Below, in pieces: positions 15,738-26,700 of a stretch of 51,941 nucleotides of DNA. Where the stretch lies: positions 1 to 51,941 of the forward strand of contig JAQVLT010000008.1 in NCBI GenBank assembly GCA_028704015.1, in the 5' to 3' direction. Below the pieces are notes generated by a model. That model did not search any database, had not been told where the DNA came from, and saw only the letters and a program-made list of their open reading frames with translations. Source of the DNA: Patescibacteria group bacterium (GTDB taxonomy: Bacteria; Patescibacteriota; Patescibacteriia; Patescibacteriales; JAQVLT01). A program made the translations under genes and the position numbers. Position 1 is the first letter of the stretch. Each line of letters starts with the position of its first letter.

Positions 15738-18280
15738 ATTATACCATTCCACAGCAGGATATTAATTTTGCCGGCAGCCTCGGAGGCGTGAGCTGGGATT
15801 TTTGGCTGTCGCAGATTTTACTTTTTATTGCGGCGGTTTTTTTGTTTTTGCTGATCAGGAAAATTGTCAAAATTATTTTGAGCAATACCAAATATTTTAA
15901 ACATGTAATATTTTTAGTGCGTTTGCCCAAGGAGAAACCGAAGGATGAACAACAATCAACACCGATGAATAGAGTTCAGTCATTGCGCGAAGAAATTGCC
16001 AAATTTGAAACCGTCTTTGGCAGTATTGGAGGTTTACGCGCGCAACGAGGCATTATTTCGTGGTTTCTTGGCCGCAATGACCATTTTTCTTTTGAAATTG
16101 TTGCCACCAGCAAACGCATTTCTTTTTATGCGGTGGCGCCCAAAAAAATGGCTCGATATCTCGAACAACAACTCACCGCATATTATCCGGAAGCGGTAGT
16201 TGAACAAGCGGAGGATTATAATATTTTTAATCCGCATGGAGAAATTTTTGCCGGCTATTTAAAGACTAAACGTAGTTTAATTTTTCCAATTAAAACTTAT
16301 ATGAAGATGGAAACTGATCCGATGAATTCCCTTATTAATATTATGTCAAAGTTGGAATCTGGCGAGGGTATGGCGTTGCAATTTGTTGTTAGAAGCGCAA
16401 AAGGATCTTGGCATAATAGGGCGTTAAATATTGTCAGAGAAGTGAACAAGGGGAAGTCAGTGGCTGATGCTTTGAAATATAATAAAATTGAAAAGATGTT
16501 GGTATACATGGGAAATATTTTTAATGCTTTGAGTTTAAAATCTTCAAAAGACAATCCAAAATCAGATAATCAAAACAAACTATCTCCGATGGAGCAAGAA
16601 ATGCTTAAGGTAATTGAAGAAAAAAATTCAAAATCAGGCCTGGATGTAAATTTGCGTGTTATTGCCAGCGCCAAAGATAAGGGTAGGGCCAGATTGCTTT
16701 TTGATAATATGTACGCGGCTTTGCAAAAATATAATTATCCCGAATATGGTAATAGCTTTAAGGGGCGTTGGGTATTTAATAATAAAACCGTAGTATTAAA
16801 CCAATGGCTTATTATTAGAGATTTTATTTTTCGTCGTTTTAAAGACAGAATAAGTTTTTTGCTTAATAATGAAGAATTGACCAGCTTATTTCATTTGCCT
16901 TTAAAAGAGGCGGAAACTCCTAATATTTATTGGTTGACCGCTCGCCACGCAGCAGCGCCCGCCAATACGCCTACCGAAGGAATTATTTTGGGGGAAAATA
17001 TTTATCGTAGCGTGAAAAAAGAGATAAAAATCAAGAGAGATGATCGCCGCCGTCACACTTATATTATTGGTAAATCTGGTGTTGGTAAATCCGTATTACT
17101 TGCTTCAATGGCAGTGCAAGATATTATAAATGGCGAAGGCGTGTGTATTGTTGATCCGCATGGCGACTTAATCAAAGACGTCCTTGGCCGCATTCCTGCG
17201 GAAAGAGCTGAGGATGTTATTTTATTCGCGCCGGCTGACAACGAACGGCCGTTAGCTTTAAATTTGTTGGAATTTGATCCGCGTTATCCTGAACAGAAAA
17301 CATTCATGATTAATGAAATGATCAAGATTTTTGATAAATTATATGATTTAAAATCTACCGGCGGTCCGATTTTTGAGCAGTATATGCGCAATGCCTTACT
17401 GCTCATTATGGCCGATCCGGAAAGCGGATCTACACTTATGGAAGTGCCGAAAGTATTAGCTGATGCTGATTTCCGCAAAATGAAATTGAGCCGGTGCAAG
17501 GATTATACCGTGGTTGATTTCTGGAAAAAAGAAGCGGAGAAAGCCGGCGGTGACGCGGCCTTGGCCAATGTTGTGCCGTATGTTACTTCAAAATTAACGC
17601 AGTTTGTTTCCAATGATACGATGCGGCCGATTATTGGACAGCAAAAAAGTTCATTCAATCTCCGCGATGTCATGGATAACAGAAAAATTTTATTAGTTGA
17701 TCTTTCCAAGGGCGCAATTGGTGAAATGAATGCATATCTATTAGGTATGATTTTGGTAGGTAAAATTTTAATTTCCGCTTTATCGCGTACCGATATGCCG
17801 CAGGAACAAAGAAAAGATTTTTATTTATACATTGACGAATTCCAAAATTTTACAACCGATTCTATTAATTCAATTTTATCAGAAGCGAGAAAATACGCTC
17901 TTAATTTAATTATCGCCCATCAATATATTGGCCAATTAGTCAAAGGACAGGACACTTCAATTAAAGACGCGGTTTTCGGCAACGTAGGAACCATGATCAC
18001 TTTTAAAATTGGCTCGGAAGATGCGGAAAAATTGGAAAAAGAATTTGCGCCGGTTTTTAATAAGTATGATTTAATAAATATTGAAAAATATACCGCCTAC
18101 ATTAAATTATTAATTGATAATACCGGCAGCCGGCCATTCTCCATGAAAACTCTCTGGCCGCTTCCGGGAATTAATCGCGAAGATGTGGCGGCTAATATTA
18201 GAACTTTAAGCCGCTTAAAATACGGGCAAGATAGAAATATTATTGAAGCAGAAATTGCCAGAAGGGCAAAAGTAATTTAA
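15734..18280 (+). CDS. TraG/VirD4/HerA-like P-loop ATPase with N-terminal membrane anchor
   Basis: Walker A GKSGVGKS, IVDPHGD, Walker B LYIDEFQNF, SEARKY, AHQY and FGNVGT are typical of type IV coupling-protein-like ATPases. Confidence 0.88.
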   Translation: MNYTIPQQDINFAGSLGGVSWDFWLSQILLFIAAVFLFLLIRKIVKIILSNTKYFKHVIFLVRLPKEKPKDEQQSTPMNRVQSLREEIAKFETVFGSIGGLRAQRGIISWFLGRNDHFSFEIVATSKRISFYAVAPKKMARYLEQQLTAYYPEAVVEQAEDYNIFNPHGEIFAGYLKTKRSLIFPIKTYMKMETDPMNSLINIMSKLESGEGMALQFVVRSAKGSWHNRALNIVREVNKGKSVADALKYNKIEKMLVYMGNIFNALSLKSSKDNPKSDNQNKLSPMEQEMLKVIEEKNSKSGLDVNLRVIASAKDKGRARLLFDNMYAALQKYNYPEYGNSFKGRWVFNNKTVVLNQWLIIRDFIFRRFKDRISFLLNNEELTSLFHLPLKEAETPNIYWLTARHAAAPANTPTEGIILGENIYRSVKKEIKIKRDDRRRHTYIIGKSGVGKSVLLASMAVQDIINGEGVCIVDPHGDLIKDVLGRIPAERAEDVILFAPADNERPLALNLLEFDPRYPEQKTFMINEMIKIFDKLYDLKSTGGPIFEQYMRNALLLIMADPESGSTLMEVPKVLADADFRKMKLSRCKDYTVVDFWKKEAEKAGGDAALANVVPYVTSKLTQFVSNDTMRPIIGQQKSSFNLRDVMDNRKILLVDLSKGAIGEMNAYLLGMILVGKILISALSRTDMPQEQRKDFYLYIDEFQNFTTDSINSILSEARKYALNLIIAHQYIGQLVKGQDTSIKDAVFGNVGTMITFKIGSEDAEKLEKEFAPVFNKYDLINIEKYTAYIKLLIDNTGSRPFSMKTLWPLPGINREDVAANIRTLSRLKYGQDRNIIEAEIARRAKVI

Positions 18281-18317
18281 AATATAAAAATTTAAAAAAT
18301 AAATAATTTAAAAAAGT

Positions 18318-19133
18318 ATGGAAAATAAAAACAAAAATGATGAAATTTTCCAACCAAGTTTGGATAATTTATATTGGGGGAATGAAAATGATGAAACGAG
18401 CGATGGCTTAGAAGAAGATGATATTGAAGAATCAAAATTTGAAAATGGAGAAGAGGGCGCTGATAATATTTTAGATGAATCAGAAGAAAGCGCGAGCGAA
18501 GACGAGGAAGGGGATTTAAAGACAACGGAATTAATTTCGGATTTTTTAAATGATCAAGAAGCAGAGCATGATGAAGGAATAATAATTAGCAAAGCAAAAG
18601 TAAGTTTGATAAAAAATATTTTAGAGAATATAAAAGAAGAAAATAACAGATTGATAGAATTGCTTTCCCCGTATATTATAAATGAGCAAATTTTTCCGAT
18701 AAGCATCGGCCAATTAAGCGAAGAAAATATTGATAAAAATATTGACAGAGAGGAAGCTGCCGGAAAAGTGATTGAGGGAGTTTTTGATGGAGAAAATATG
18801 ATCGGTCCGGATGGAAAAAAATATACCGTACCATCAAATTATGCTTCCAAGTCAAAGTTGGTGGAAGGTGATATTATGAAATTAACCATCGCGACGAACG
18901 GTACCTATGTCTATAAACAGATTGGACCGATTGATCGGGCGCGTGTGGTAGGAGTGTTGGAAAGGACTGATGAAGGAAGTTTTGTTGTTACGGCGGGAGA
19001 TAGAAAATGGCGAATAATCACGGCCAGCGTGACTTATTACAAGGGCAAGCAGGGGGATGAGGTGATTATACTTGTGCCGAAGATTGGAGAAAGTAACTGG
19101 GCGGCAGTAGAAAATATTGTCAAAAACTATTAG
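18318..19133 (+). CDS. Conserved hypothetical protein with acidic N-terminus
   Basis: D/E-rich first ~85 aa, then EGVFDGENMIGPDGKKYTVPSNYASKSKLVEGD beta-rich domain. Function not assignable. Confidence 0.8.
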   Translation: MENKNKNDEIFQPSLDNLYWGNENDETSDGLEEDDIEESKFENGEEGADNILDESEESASEDEEGDLKTTELISDFLNDQEAEHDEGIIISKAKVSLIKNILENIKEENNRLIELLSPYIINEQIFPISIGQLSEENIDKNIDREEAAGKVIEGVFDGENMIGPDGKKYTVPSNYASKSKLVEGDIMKLTIATNGTYVYKQIGPIDRARVVGVLERTDEGSFVVTAGDRKWRIITASVTYYKGKQGDEVIILVPKIGESNWAAVENIVKNY

Positions 19134-19142
19134 TTTTAACAT

Positions 19143-19173
19143 AAAAATGTTCGTGTTTTTTACGAGCATTTTT
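19143..19173 (+). terminator. Probable terminator
   Basis: aaaaatgttcgt..acgagcattttt hairpin after the stop at 19133. Confidence 0.6.
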
Positions 19174-19187
19174 TGTTTGAAATCATT

Positions 19188-21527
19188 ATGACGGGAAAAT
19201 ATTTTTCAATTATTTTAGTTTTTGTTTTTATCGGTTTTAGCGCTTTTGTTTTAAATATTGAAAAATTAAGTTTTTCTAAAATTTTTTTTGATTATTTTTT
19301 GGGTGAAGATAATCAGACGGAAGATAATAGTATAATAAATAATAAAATATTAGCGAAAAAAATTGTTGCCGAAGATAATAATTTTGACGAAGCAAATTTG
19401 GCGGGTGAAATATTGGATGAAAAAGAAGATATTAATAATAAAGAAAAGGAGATTGACAAAATTGACGTTGCCAATGTAATTGATGGCGACACTATTGAAT
19501 TAACAACCGGCGAAAAAATACGTTACATCGGCGTTGACTCCCCGGAATTAAATAAATCAGGTTCGGCAGACGATGAATGCCTGGCTTGGGCGGCAAGAAT
19601 TAGAAATTCGGAGTTACTAAAAAATGGTGAATTAAAATTGGTAAAAGACCCAAGCGCTGACAAAGATAAATACGGTCGATTATTGAGATATGTTTATGTT
19701 AATAATATTTTTGTTAACGAAGAATTGGCGCGCGCCGGTTTAGCCAGAGATTTTTTTTGTGAAGCTAATTGGGAAAATTGTCCGCTTACAAGCGACAAAA
19801 ATAGACGTGAGATTATTTTAGGCGCCGTAGAAGAAGCCAGAAAAAATCGTCGAGGAATTTTTGGCGCAAGCTGTGAAAAAATATTATTAAATAGCACGGC
19901 AGGGGAAGAGAAAAAAATAATTTTCCCCGCGCATTCATCAAATGAGAGTAACGACGTATTTATTTATAATTATCCAGAATTATCAAGACAAGTAGTAATA
20001 GTAGCGCCAGTATCACAAGGCGGAGGCGGTTACGCCACTCCTGGCGCTGGAAATAATATTCAAAAGGAAGACAAAAAAGAAGCAAAAATTGCTTCTTTCT
20101 ATGTTTATGATCAGATAACTAAAAACAAAGAGTATACGTCCAGTACGACCGTGGGCGTAGACATCGGAATTGAAGGTGACGCGAGTATTGACGGTTATTA
20201 TTTGTCCGTTTCTACAACTACGCCGGCTAGTGATGATATTTTTTGGCAGAGCAAATTACCGGAAATATTTATTTTAGATTTAGAAGATGGTTTGAAATCT
20301 GTAAATTTATGGATAAAATATTCTGGAATTATTTCTTCATCAACAATAGCATCAATTTATTTAGATACAAAAAAACCAATTTTAAATTTAAGCGAGAATC
20401 CGGATTATTTTTCCAAGTCTACAACTTCAACTTTTAAAATAGATAGTGACGAGGACAATATTAATTTGCGTTTTAAATTTGATGATAACGAATGGCAGAT
20501 AATTGCGACGAGTACAGCTTTTTCAAACGACTCGCCGTTTAGCGAAGGTGAACATATTTTATCCGTTGAAGCAACTGATCCAGCTAATAATATTGGGACA
20601 ACAAGCTATGCTTGGATTACGGATTTAACCGCGCCAACATCAACAATTAACCTGCTGGAAACAGAATATGGCGCCACGGGATTTATAGTCAGCTGGTCGG
20701 GAAGTGATTTGAGCGCGGCGACAACTAGTGGTGTCAAAAATTTTGATTTGGAATATAAAATAAATGATGGAGATTGGCAGAATTGGCTCATTGAAACCGC
20801 GAGTACTTCGGAAATTTTTAATTTTGCTGTTAATCCTGGAGACCAAATTTATTTTCGCGCGCGCGGGCGTGATAAAGCCGGAAATTTAGGGGAGTGGAGC
20901 GGATTGGTAGAGACAAAAATATCTTTACCGATAGCGCCGCCAGTACCGCCAGCTTTGCCAACAACTAATCATATCGTAATCAGCGAAATACAAATTTCCG
21001 GTGAAATGGGAAGTGATGAATTTGTAGAATTATATAATCCTACAAACGCCGCGATAAATTTAGAAAATTACCGTTTATCGCGGAAAACCGCAAGCGGTAA
21101 GACAGGAAATAATTTATTGACAAATTTTCCAAATATTAATTTATCGCCCCACAGCTACTATCTAATTGCTCATCCGACTGGTTATGATGGCGAAGTAGCG
21201 GCTGATATTTTTTATTCCACCGGGAGCGCAATTGTGGATGATAATACAGTAATTTTGTATGATGCCGCCCATGCCGTGGTGGACAAGATCGGTTTTGGTT
21301 TGATTACCGACACAAACGGCGTTGAAGGTATGGCCTCAATTAATCCTGGCGCTGGCCAGAGCCTTGAGCGCAAAGCTATCGCCAGTTCAACTGACAAATC
21401 AATGGCGAGCGGCGGGACGGACGAATTTTTGGGCAACGGTTGTGATACCGATAATAATAGCGTGGATTTTATTTTAAGATTAATTTCAGAACCGCAAAAT
21501 TCAAGCAATACGAAAGAGCCGGAATAA
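19188..21527 (+). CDS. Membrane-anchored thermonuclease (SNase) with Ig/FN3-like stalk and C-terminal lamin-tail domain
   Basis: VIDGDT, RYIGVDSPE and DKYGRLLRY SNase motifs; IVISEI..DEFVELYNPT lamin-tail motif; N-terminal TM helix. Confidence 0.87.
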   Translation: MTGKYFSIILVFVFIGFSAFVLNIEKLSFSKIFFDYFLGEDNQTEDNSIINNKILAKKIVAEDNNFDEANLAGEILDEKEDINNKEKEIDKIDVANVIDGDTIELTTGEKIRYIGVDSPELNKSGSADDECLAWAARIRNSELLKNGELKLVKDPSADKDKYGRLLRYVYVNNIFVNEELARAGLARDFFCEANWENCPLTSDKNRREIILGAVEEARKNRRGIFGASCEKILLNSTAGEEKKIIFPAHSSNESNDVFIYNYPELSRQVVIVAPVSQGGGGYATPGAGNNIQKEDKKEAKIASFYVYDQITKNKEYTSSTTVGVDIGIEGDASIDGYYLSVSTTTPASDDIFWQSKLPEIFILDLEDGLKSVNLWIKYSGIISSSTIASIYLDTKKPILNLSENPDYFSKSTTSTFKIDSDEDNINLRFKFDDNEWQIIATSTAFSNDSPFSEGEHILSVEATDPANNIGTTSYAWITDLTAPTSTINLLETEYGATGFIVSWSGSDLSAATTSGVKNFDLEYKINDGDWQNWLIETASTSEIFNFAVNPGDQIYFRARGRDKAGNLGEWSGLVETKISLPIAPPVPPALPTTNHIVISEIQISGEMGSDEFVELYNPTNAAINLENYRLSRKTASGKTGNNLLTNFPNINLSPHSYYLIAHPTGYDGEVAADIFYSTGSAIVDDNTVILYDAAHAVVDKIGFGLITDTNGVEGMASINPGAGQSLERKAIASSTDKSMASGGTDEFLGNGCDTDNNSVDFILRLISEPQNSSNTKEPE

Positions 21528-21570
21528 TTTTATAATTTGTTCGGCTATGAATGTTTGACTAAAAAAATAA

Positions 21571-21588
21571 AAGCCCCACTTGGGGCTT
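21571..21588. terminator. Bidirectional terminator between convergent genes
   Basis: aagcccca-ct-tggggctt preceded by an A-run. Confidence 0.65.
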
Positions 21589-21608
21589 AGAAGAAGATGC
21601 GTAGCTAT

Positions 21609-22829
21609 TTATAATTGGTTATAAATTTCACGCGTTTTATTGATCATTTTATCTAAAGTAAATTCTTGTTCTGCTTTTATTTTAGCGTTTTCTCCCAATT
21701 TTTCTCTTATCAATTTATTATCAATCAATTCCTTGATTCGGCGAGCTAATAATTCAGGGTTTTTTGGTTCTGTCAGCAAACCGGTTTCATAACCATAACT
21801 TGCGTACGGATCAACTAGCTCAGGATTGCCGCCAACATTAGTAGCAACAATCGGCAAACCGGCCTGCATCGCTTCTATCATTGTATAAGATAAACCCTCC
21901 TTGACCGAAGAACAAACGTAAATATTAAAAGCTTTTAAGTATTTGGCCGCGTCAAGAATCCTGCCGGAGAGAATAACATCATTTTCCAAACCGTATTTTT
22001 TTATTAGATTTTGTAAATTTTTTTGTTCAGCGCCATTTCCGATAATACAGGTGGTAAAATGCAGGTAGTATTTTTTAAAAAGGATGTTAATAGCTTTTAT
22101 TAAATATTCGTAGCCCTTGTTTTTGTAAAGATTGCCAATTGAACCGATAATAAATTCTGATTTATAATTATCGCGGATTTTTGATAAATTTAATGACTTA
22201 TCTTTTAAAAATTCGGTTAATAATTTTTCTCTCGATTCTTCTTTATTTAAAAAATTATTTTTATTGACGCCGTTGTGAATGGTAATTAATTTATTTTCCG
22301 GAACAATTTTTTCTTCGATGGCAATTTTTCGGTCGCATTCGGAAACGCAAATTATTTTATTTTTAAAAATGGCCGCAAATTTTTCGTTGTATTTATAAAA
22401 ATTTTTTTTTATATAATTCATTGGTTCGTTGAAAACCCAGCCGTGCGATGTGTAGATAACATAGCATTTGCAAAATCTGGATTTAAAACAGAAGATGCTG
22501 GCCAAAGAACCAAGCACGGAAATTTTTGAACTATTCAGATGAATAATGTCGGGTTGGCATTTTTTGATAAGAATTATTATTTCAATAAGCGCTAAAATAT
22601 CATAAAAAGGCGAAATAGAACGTTTCAAATGTCGTATACTGTAATAGGGGATGCCCGCGCCCATTAAACGTTTTGTTAATTCTCCTCCTTCACCCTGTTC
22701 CCCAAAACCAACAATAATTTCAAATTGTTCCTTTAAATTGTCCGCTAAATCAAAAACATAACGTTGCGCTCCGCCCCATTCGCTTTGAGTGATTAAATAT
22801 AATATTTTCTTTTTTCCGGTATTTTTCAT
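21609..22829 (-). CDS. Glycosyltransferase family 4 (GT-B)
   Basis: WGGAQRYV, IIHLNSSK, IHNG, NKGYEYLI, SSVKEGLSYTMIEAMQAGLPIVATNVGG (EX7E). Confidence 0.93.
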   Translation of the reverse strand: MKNTGKKKILYLITQSEWGGAQRYVFDLADNLKEQFEIIVGFGEQGEGGELTKRLMGAGIPYYSIRHLKRSISPFYDILALIEIIILIKKCQPDIIHLNSSKISVLGSLASIFCFKSRFCKCYVIYTSHGWVFNEPMNYIKKNFYKYNEKFAAIFKNKIICVSECDRKIAIEEKIVPENKLITIHNGVNKNNFLNKEESREKLLTEFLKDKSLNLSKIRDNYKSEFIIGSIGNLYKNKGYEYLIKAINILFKKYYLHFTTCIIGNGAEQKNLQNLIKKYGLENDVILSGRILDAAKYLKAFNIYVCSSVKEGLSYTMIEAMQAGLPIVATNVGGNPELVDPYASYGYETGLLTEPKNPELLARRIKELIDNKLIREKLGENAKIKAEQEFTLDKMINKTREIYNQL

Positions 22830-22898
22830 GATTGTGGTAAATGTTATTTTATTTTATAATAAAACATAAAGAGAGTTATGGCAAGCATTATCCTTTTT

Positions 22899-23076
22899 GC
22901 CATCTCGAGCCCGCAGGCGAGACCTGCCTGCCGGCAGACAGGGATCCCTTGAACGTGAGAAGCACAACGTCTAAGGGATTCCTCACCCGAAGCGTCGGGA
23001 TCGGAATGACAACGGACGTGGAAAAAGCGCAACATTTAAGAGATTCCTTATCTGAAGCGTCGGGAACCGAAATGAC
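22899..23076. repeat. Composite REP-like cluster (..AATGAC-ended arms, nested CCTGCC palindrome, GAAGCGTCGGGA duplications)
   Basis: Left arm gccatctcgag..gatccc. Two right arms end in cggaatgac (23010) and gaaatgac (23076). cctgcctgccggcagacagg lies at 22923-22942. Confidence 0.7.
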
Positions 23077-23184
23077 AAAGATATTTTGTATTATTTTCGT
23101 TTATTATTTAAAAAATAGACAAATTATTTTTACCAATTCATATTTGTAAATTTGTAAAAAGATTTGTTGATTTGCGGGTTGTCT

Positions 23185-23655
23185 ATGAAAAAAGCATTAT
23201 TAATTGTCGGAGCGGTTTTGGCAGTGATTATTTTATTAGCCGGCGGTTTTGTCGTTTATAATTACGTCAGAATTCAGCGCGGCGATTTGGTTAAATGGGA
23301 CAACCAGTGGTACACCAAAGAAGAATTGGCGAAAAAATTTCCGCCGCAGGTTTATGAAGTGGAAGCGAAAAATACGCCGGAAGAAGTTTACGCTGATTTT
23401 TGCCAAGCGCTTTTGGCTAACGATACGGACAAAGCCTTGAGTTATATTGTAGAGAAAAACAGAGATGAATATAGAAAAGCGTTTGAGGATAAGACGAAAC
23501 TAGAAAATTGGGTAAAAAAATTGCCGGAAAAAATAACAAAAGAAAATGAATATAGGAATTTTGCCTATTACGATATAAATATGGGAACAAAAATGAAAAA
23601 TACCGTTTCATTTATAAAAAATCAAGTTGGTTTTTGGGAAATAGATAGGATTTAA
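23185..23655 (+). CDS. Single-pass membrane protein with small soluble domain (TPEEVY..ALLANDTDKALSY)
   Basis: ATG at 23185, N-terminal TM helix. No family confidently recognised. Confidence 0.75.
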   Translation: MKKALLIVGAVLAVIILLAGGFVVYNYVRIQRGDLVKWDNQWYTKEELAKKFPPQVYEVEAKNTPEEVYADFCQALLANDTDKALSYIVEKNRDEYRKAFEDKTKLENWVKKLPEKITKENEYRNFAYYDINMGTKMKNTVSFIKNQVGFWEIDRI

Positions 23656-23706
23656 CACGGATTAATATTGGTTAGTGACAATTTACATTAATTTTAAAAT
23701 AGTTTT

Positions 23707-26700
23707 ATGCGTTTTTCGGGGAGGATTATTTTATTTCTATCAGCCTTGCTTTTATTGGGAGCGGGTTCTGTTTTTTGCTTTGATAATGTTAAAACGCATC
23801 CGGATTTATCCGAAGTCGCGGCGCAAATTCACAATCAAAGCGCAACGCGCCAATTAACCGACGAACAAATCTCCTGGATTGCCGAAGGTTCAATTAATGA
23901 AGATGCGGATCCGCGCTACCTTAATCATTATTATGATCCAACTACCGGCTTGGGATTGAGTGATAATATTTGGAAAGGCATGGCGGCCAAGGATTGGGCA
24001 AAAAAGCAAGACAGTTTGACGGGAGATTATTCAGAAAGCGCGATTTTGAATAATTACCGCCAAGGAAATTTAAAGCGTTCTTTTCAAGGTATCGGCCATA
24101 TTATTCATTTAATTCAAGATATGGGCGTGCCGGCGCACACTAGAAATGACGCCCATCCTGAGGGTGATCCCTTCGAAGAATGGGCTAGAGATTATGGAAA
24201 AGTTAATAATAATTTTCAAGAAATTCAAATTAATAATTTAGATCAGGCTTTTGACGAATTGGCACTTTATTCTCATAATAATTTTTTCAGTAAAGATACA
24301 ATAAAAATTTTACAAGATAATAAATATCAAAAAGTTAATCAAAATATAGGGGGTAAAGTTAGAACTTATTTAGTAAATAGGATTGACAATAAAGATTATA
24401 AAATTGTTTATACGCAGAATCCTGATTCGTTGTTTTCCGTTTATCAAGTTGATGGTGATTATGGTTTAAATTTTGATTACTGGAATTTACTTTATCCTAA
24501 AGCAGTCGGTTATAGCGCGGGAACGATTGACTATTTTATCAAAGAATTTGAAAAAATTGATCAGAAAAATAAAGAAAAAGAACAGCTAAGTTATTGGGAA
24601 AGAATGAAAGTCGCACTGGCATTTTGGGAAGAGGACGCTAAATATGCTTGGGGCGATGCGTTCATGGCCAGCCGTTTGGCCGCCGGCAAAGTGTGGAATA
24701 GTTTATTTAACAATGATAATCAAGACAGTTTAACCGATGAAAATAATTCAAAACAAAATAACGGAATAGTTTTGTCTGACAAAATCGTCACAGATAATGC
24801 CACAAGCGAAGAGGAACCTGAAGAGGCGGAAGAAAAAGTTGGTGTGGCGCGAGTTATTGATGGCGATACGATTGTTTTGACTACCGGCGAGTATGTCCGC
24901 TACATTGGCGTGAACACGCCGGAATTAAATGAGCCGGGAGCGCAGGACGACGAGTGTTTGGCTTGGGTGGCGCGAATCAGAAACATGAAATTATTAAGCA
25001 GCGGCAAGTTTCGCTTGGTAAAGGACAAGTCGGCGGACAAGGATAAATACGGGCGGCTTTTGCGCTATGTTTATAGCGGCAATATTTTTCTTAACGAACA
25101 ATTGGCGCTGGAAGGATTAGGCAGGGAATTTTTTTGCCAGCCGGGATGGAAAAATTGTCCGGTGACAACTGATGAAGCGCGCGCGAAATTAATCAAAACC
25201 GCCGCCGCTTCCGCGCAGGAAAATAAACGCGGGCTTTATTCCGGCGTTTGCGCCGGTGCCAAAACTTCAGCCGCGTCGACAATAGTCGCTTCATCTACTG
25301 GCGAGGTGCTAGGCGAGGAAATAACTAATCCTGATCAAACAACCGAAGAAAACGATAATGATAATTTGGCAGCCACTTCCAGCGACGATTTTGTTTATGT
25401 TTCGGGAACGGGCAGCGGCAGCGCGAGCGGCGGCAATGCCGAAAACAGCGAACCGACAGATGATGACGGCAAGCAAGTGGCAATAAATTCTTTTAATCTT
25501 TTTGATTTGAATAGCGGGAATATTTATTACACGGCCAGCGCGACAGTCGGCGTGGATTTAGAAATCGAAGATGAGGTTCAAGGTTATTATTTTTCAACTT
25601 CAAGCAGTACGCCGGAGATCAATGATCCTGCTTGGCAAAGCGATGTGCCGTTGAATTTTGTTTTAAACTCGGGCGACGGTTTAAAAAAAATTTTTGTTTG
25701 GCTAAAAAAAGCTGGACAAATTGTGGGCGCGGCGCAAAGCGTGATTTATTTAGATACTCAAGCGCCGCAATTAAGTTTTGGCGAAAAGCCAGATAATTTT
25801 AGTAATGCGACCACGTCAATTTTTACAATTTTAAGTAATGAAGATAAAATAGGCTTGCGTTATAAATTTGATAATGACGATTGGCGATTGATCGCGACCA
25901 ACACGCCTTTTTTTAATGAATCTCCATGGGAAGAGGGAACGCATACGCTTCAAGCCGAGGCGATTGATTTCGCTGGCAATTTAGCGAGTACCAGCTATGA
26001 ATGGTTGGTGGATTTGACTTCGCCAACGGCAAATATGGATGATTTGAACTATAAGTATGAGACAATGGATTTTCCAGTTAGCTGGCAGGGCGAGGATGAA
26101 GATAAAGAAAATGTCAACAATCAAATAGTGAGCGGCTTAAAAGATTATGACGCGCAGTATAGAATAAACGACAATGATTGGCAGGATTGGCTCAGTGGCA
26201 CCGCCAGTACAACAAAAAATTTTGATCAAGCGGTTGCGGACGGAGATGAAGTTTACTTCCGTGTTCGCGCTCGTGATCAGGCCGAAAATGTGAGTGAATG
26301 GAGCGATAGCGCGCAAACCGGAATTGATTTGGTCATTCCACCGTTGCATCGTTGGTATATTAACGAAGGTGAAGGGACGGTTTTGCATGATGTAGTCGGC
26401 GACGATGATTTAACTGTCGCCAGTTCGACTTGGAGCGAGGGGAATTTTTTAAAGTTGGGAGCGGGAGAAAAAATAGAAAAAGATTTTACCGAGGAAATTC
26501 CCGAGAATAATCTTAGCGTTATATTTTGGTTTCGCTATCCGGTCAGTAATGAGCCCTTCAAACTTAGCTTAAAAAATAGCGAAGGGAATAACACTCTAGG
26601 AATTTCCCTTGGTCTTAACGGCTTTAGCATATTAGTTAACGAAGAAAATATTTCTTTTGACGACAGTAAATTTAATGGCGGAGATTGGCATTTGCTTGCC

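Noticed and set aside
15734-18280. Conjugative element or ICE
   Set aside because: No relaxase, VirB4, integrase or att repeats were seen, and composition matches the flanks.
18318-19133. Annotation as ribosomal protein L7/L12
   Set aside because: It has no L7/L12 motifs and is more than twice the length; left as hypothetical.
22841-23149. ORFs 22841-23149 (+) and 22844-23035 (-)
   Set aside because: They are translations of the repeat cluster, with no coding features.
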